From Eubacteriales bacterium (GTDB lineage: Bacteria > Bacillota > Clostridia > Christensenellales > CALMFG01): a DNA stretch of 35,452 nt. Positions within the stretch are counted from its first letter, which is position 1; every line of letters starts with the position of its first letter. The notes beneath the pieces were generated by a model. It was not told the DNA's origin, searched no databases, and saw nothing but the letters and a program-made list of their open reading frames with translations. The position numbers and the translations under genes were made by a program. Below are positions 34,964 to 35,452 of the stretch, piece after piece. The stretch is taken from assembly GCA_040883365.1 (NCBI GenBank), contig JBFLKV010000202.1, positions 1 through 35,452 of the forward strand, read 5' to 3'.

Positions 34964-35452
34964 CTATTTCCAGTCTCCAAATAATTCTTGCATCCGTTCA
35001 TCCGATATATCGAGTTCTTGTTGCAAATACAATTTTGCATAATACGGCCGATTTTCCAAAAAGGTTTGCATCATGTTAATCTGCGTATTAAAGTTGTTGG
35101 ACCAGTTGAATATATCACACTCATGTTGTACCTCCGGCTCTATATTTGCCGCAAGCTCCAACATGTAAGGCAAAGCTACCTCTGGGTCAAACACTTCATT
35201 GATATAGTAGGCATAGCGCTCGATAAACTCCTCGCGCCATGTGTCATTTTCCATAAGTCCTCTTGCGATAGACGTTGAAAACGCATTTCCTGAGCCCGTT
35301 CCTCCCGGGTTTAGTACTTCTTCCAAGTAATTATTTTTATATCTCACATTACTGCTGGTTATCCACATACCCCAATCCAAGTCATACAGAATCCAGCGCC
35401 ATAAGCCATCATCGGTACGCACCCGGTAGAACTTGCGGTTTCCGTCATCCGA
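34964..35452 (-). CDS. CotH kinase family protein, C-terminal part (5' end beyond the window)
   Basis: The frame stays open to the window edge: ...FYRVRTDDGLWRWILYDLDWGMW...FIERYAYYINEVF..., typical of the CotH C-terminal lobe. The stop lies 3 nt from the VTC gene start. Confidence 0.78.
   Translation of the reverse strand, partial: SDDGNRKFYRVRTDDGLWRWILYDLDWGMWITSSNVRYKNNYLEEVLNPGGTGSGNAFSTSIARGLMENDTWREEFIERYAYYINEVFDPEVALPYMLELAANIEPEVQHECDIFNWSNNFNTQINMMQTFLENRPYYAKLYLQQELDISDERMQELFGDWK

Noticed and set aside
1-35452. Scan for CRISPR arrays, IS elements or inverted terminal repeats, integrases, tRNA/rRNA genes and toxin-antitoxin pairs.
   Set aside because: I saw no direct-repeat/spacer arrays, no transposase- or recombinase-like ORFs and no cloverleaf-compatible segments. 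The largest non-coding gaps are 300 bp or less and look like promoters or terminators.

Overview
This is a 35.5 kb chromosomal window with a Firmicutes/Clostridia-like layout. About 85% of the coding sequence is on the minus strand. I found no rRNA, tRNA, CRISPR array, transposase or integrase. The backbone is housekeeping: obg (5' part), nth, an S41 Ctp protease, dnaX-ybaB-recR, nadD-yqeK-rsfS, aminotransferase-PHP-argJ, and tilS-hpt-ftsH. Between these sit less ordinary elements. (1) At the right edge, a CotH kinase / VTC (polyphosphate-polymerase-like) / DUF4956 membrane-protein operon has no described function in bacteria as far as I know. Its VTC protein carries an unusual N-terminal extension of about 270 aa rich in Lys and Glu. 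This is my best candidate for an undescribed system. (2) A tightly coupled COG1900 / NIL-ferredoxin / UPF0280 cluster encodes the PLP-independent homocysteine route known from methanogens. MBL-fold and VOC genes precede it. A zinc-ribbon membrane protein, a DUF1858 redox-disulfide protein and a 52-aa rubredoxin follow it; the rubredoxin is below the ORF-track cutoff. (3) Two tandem paralogs have the architecture SH3b-SH3b / PG_binding / unassigned C-terminal domain. The window also holds a YkuD L,D-transpeptidase lipoprotein, a membrane-anchored VanX-like protein that appears to lack two catalytic residues, and a SleB-like hydrolase. (4) A 1429-aa membrane-anchored surface protein combines a beta-helix, about 8 cadherin-like repeats and a poly-Asp/Asn tract. 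I corrected several ORF-track starts using Shine-Dalgarno positions. All family assignments come from motif recognition by eye; no searches were run.
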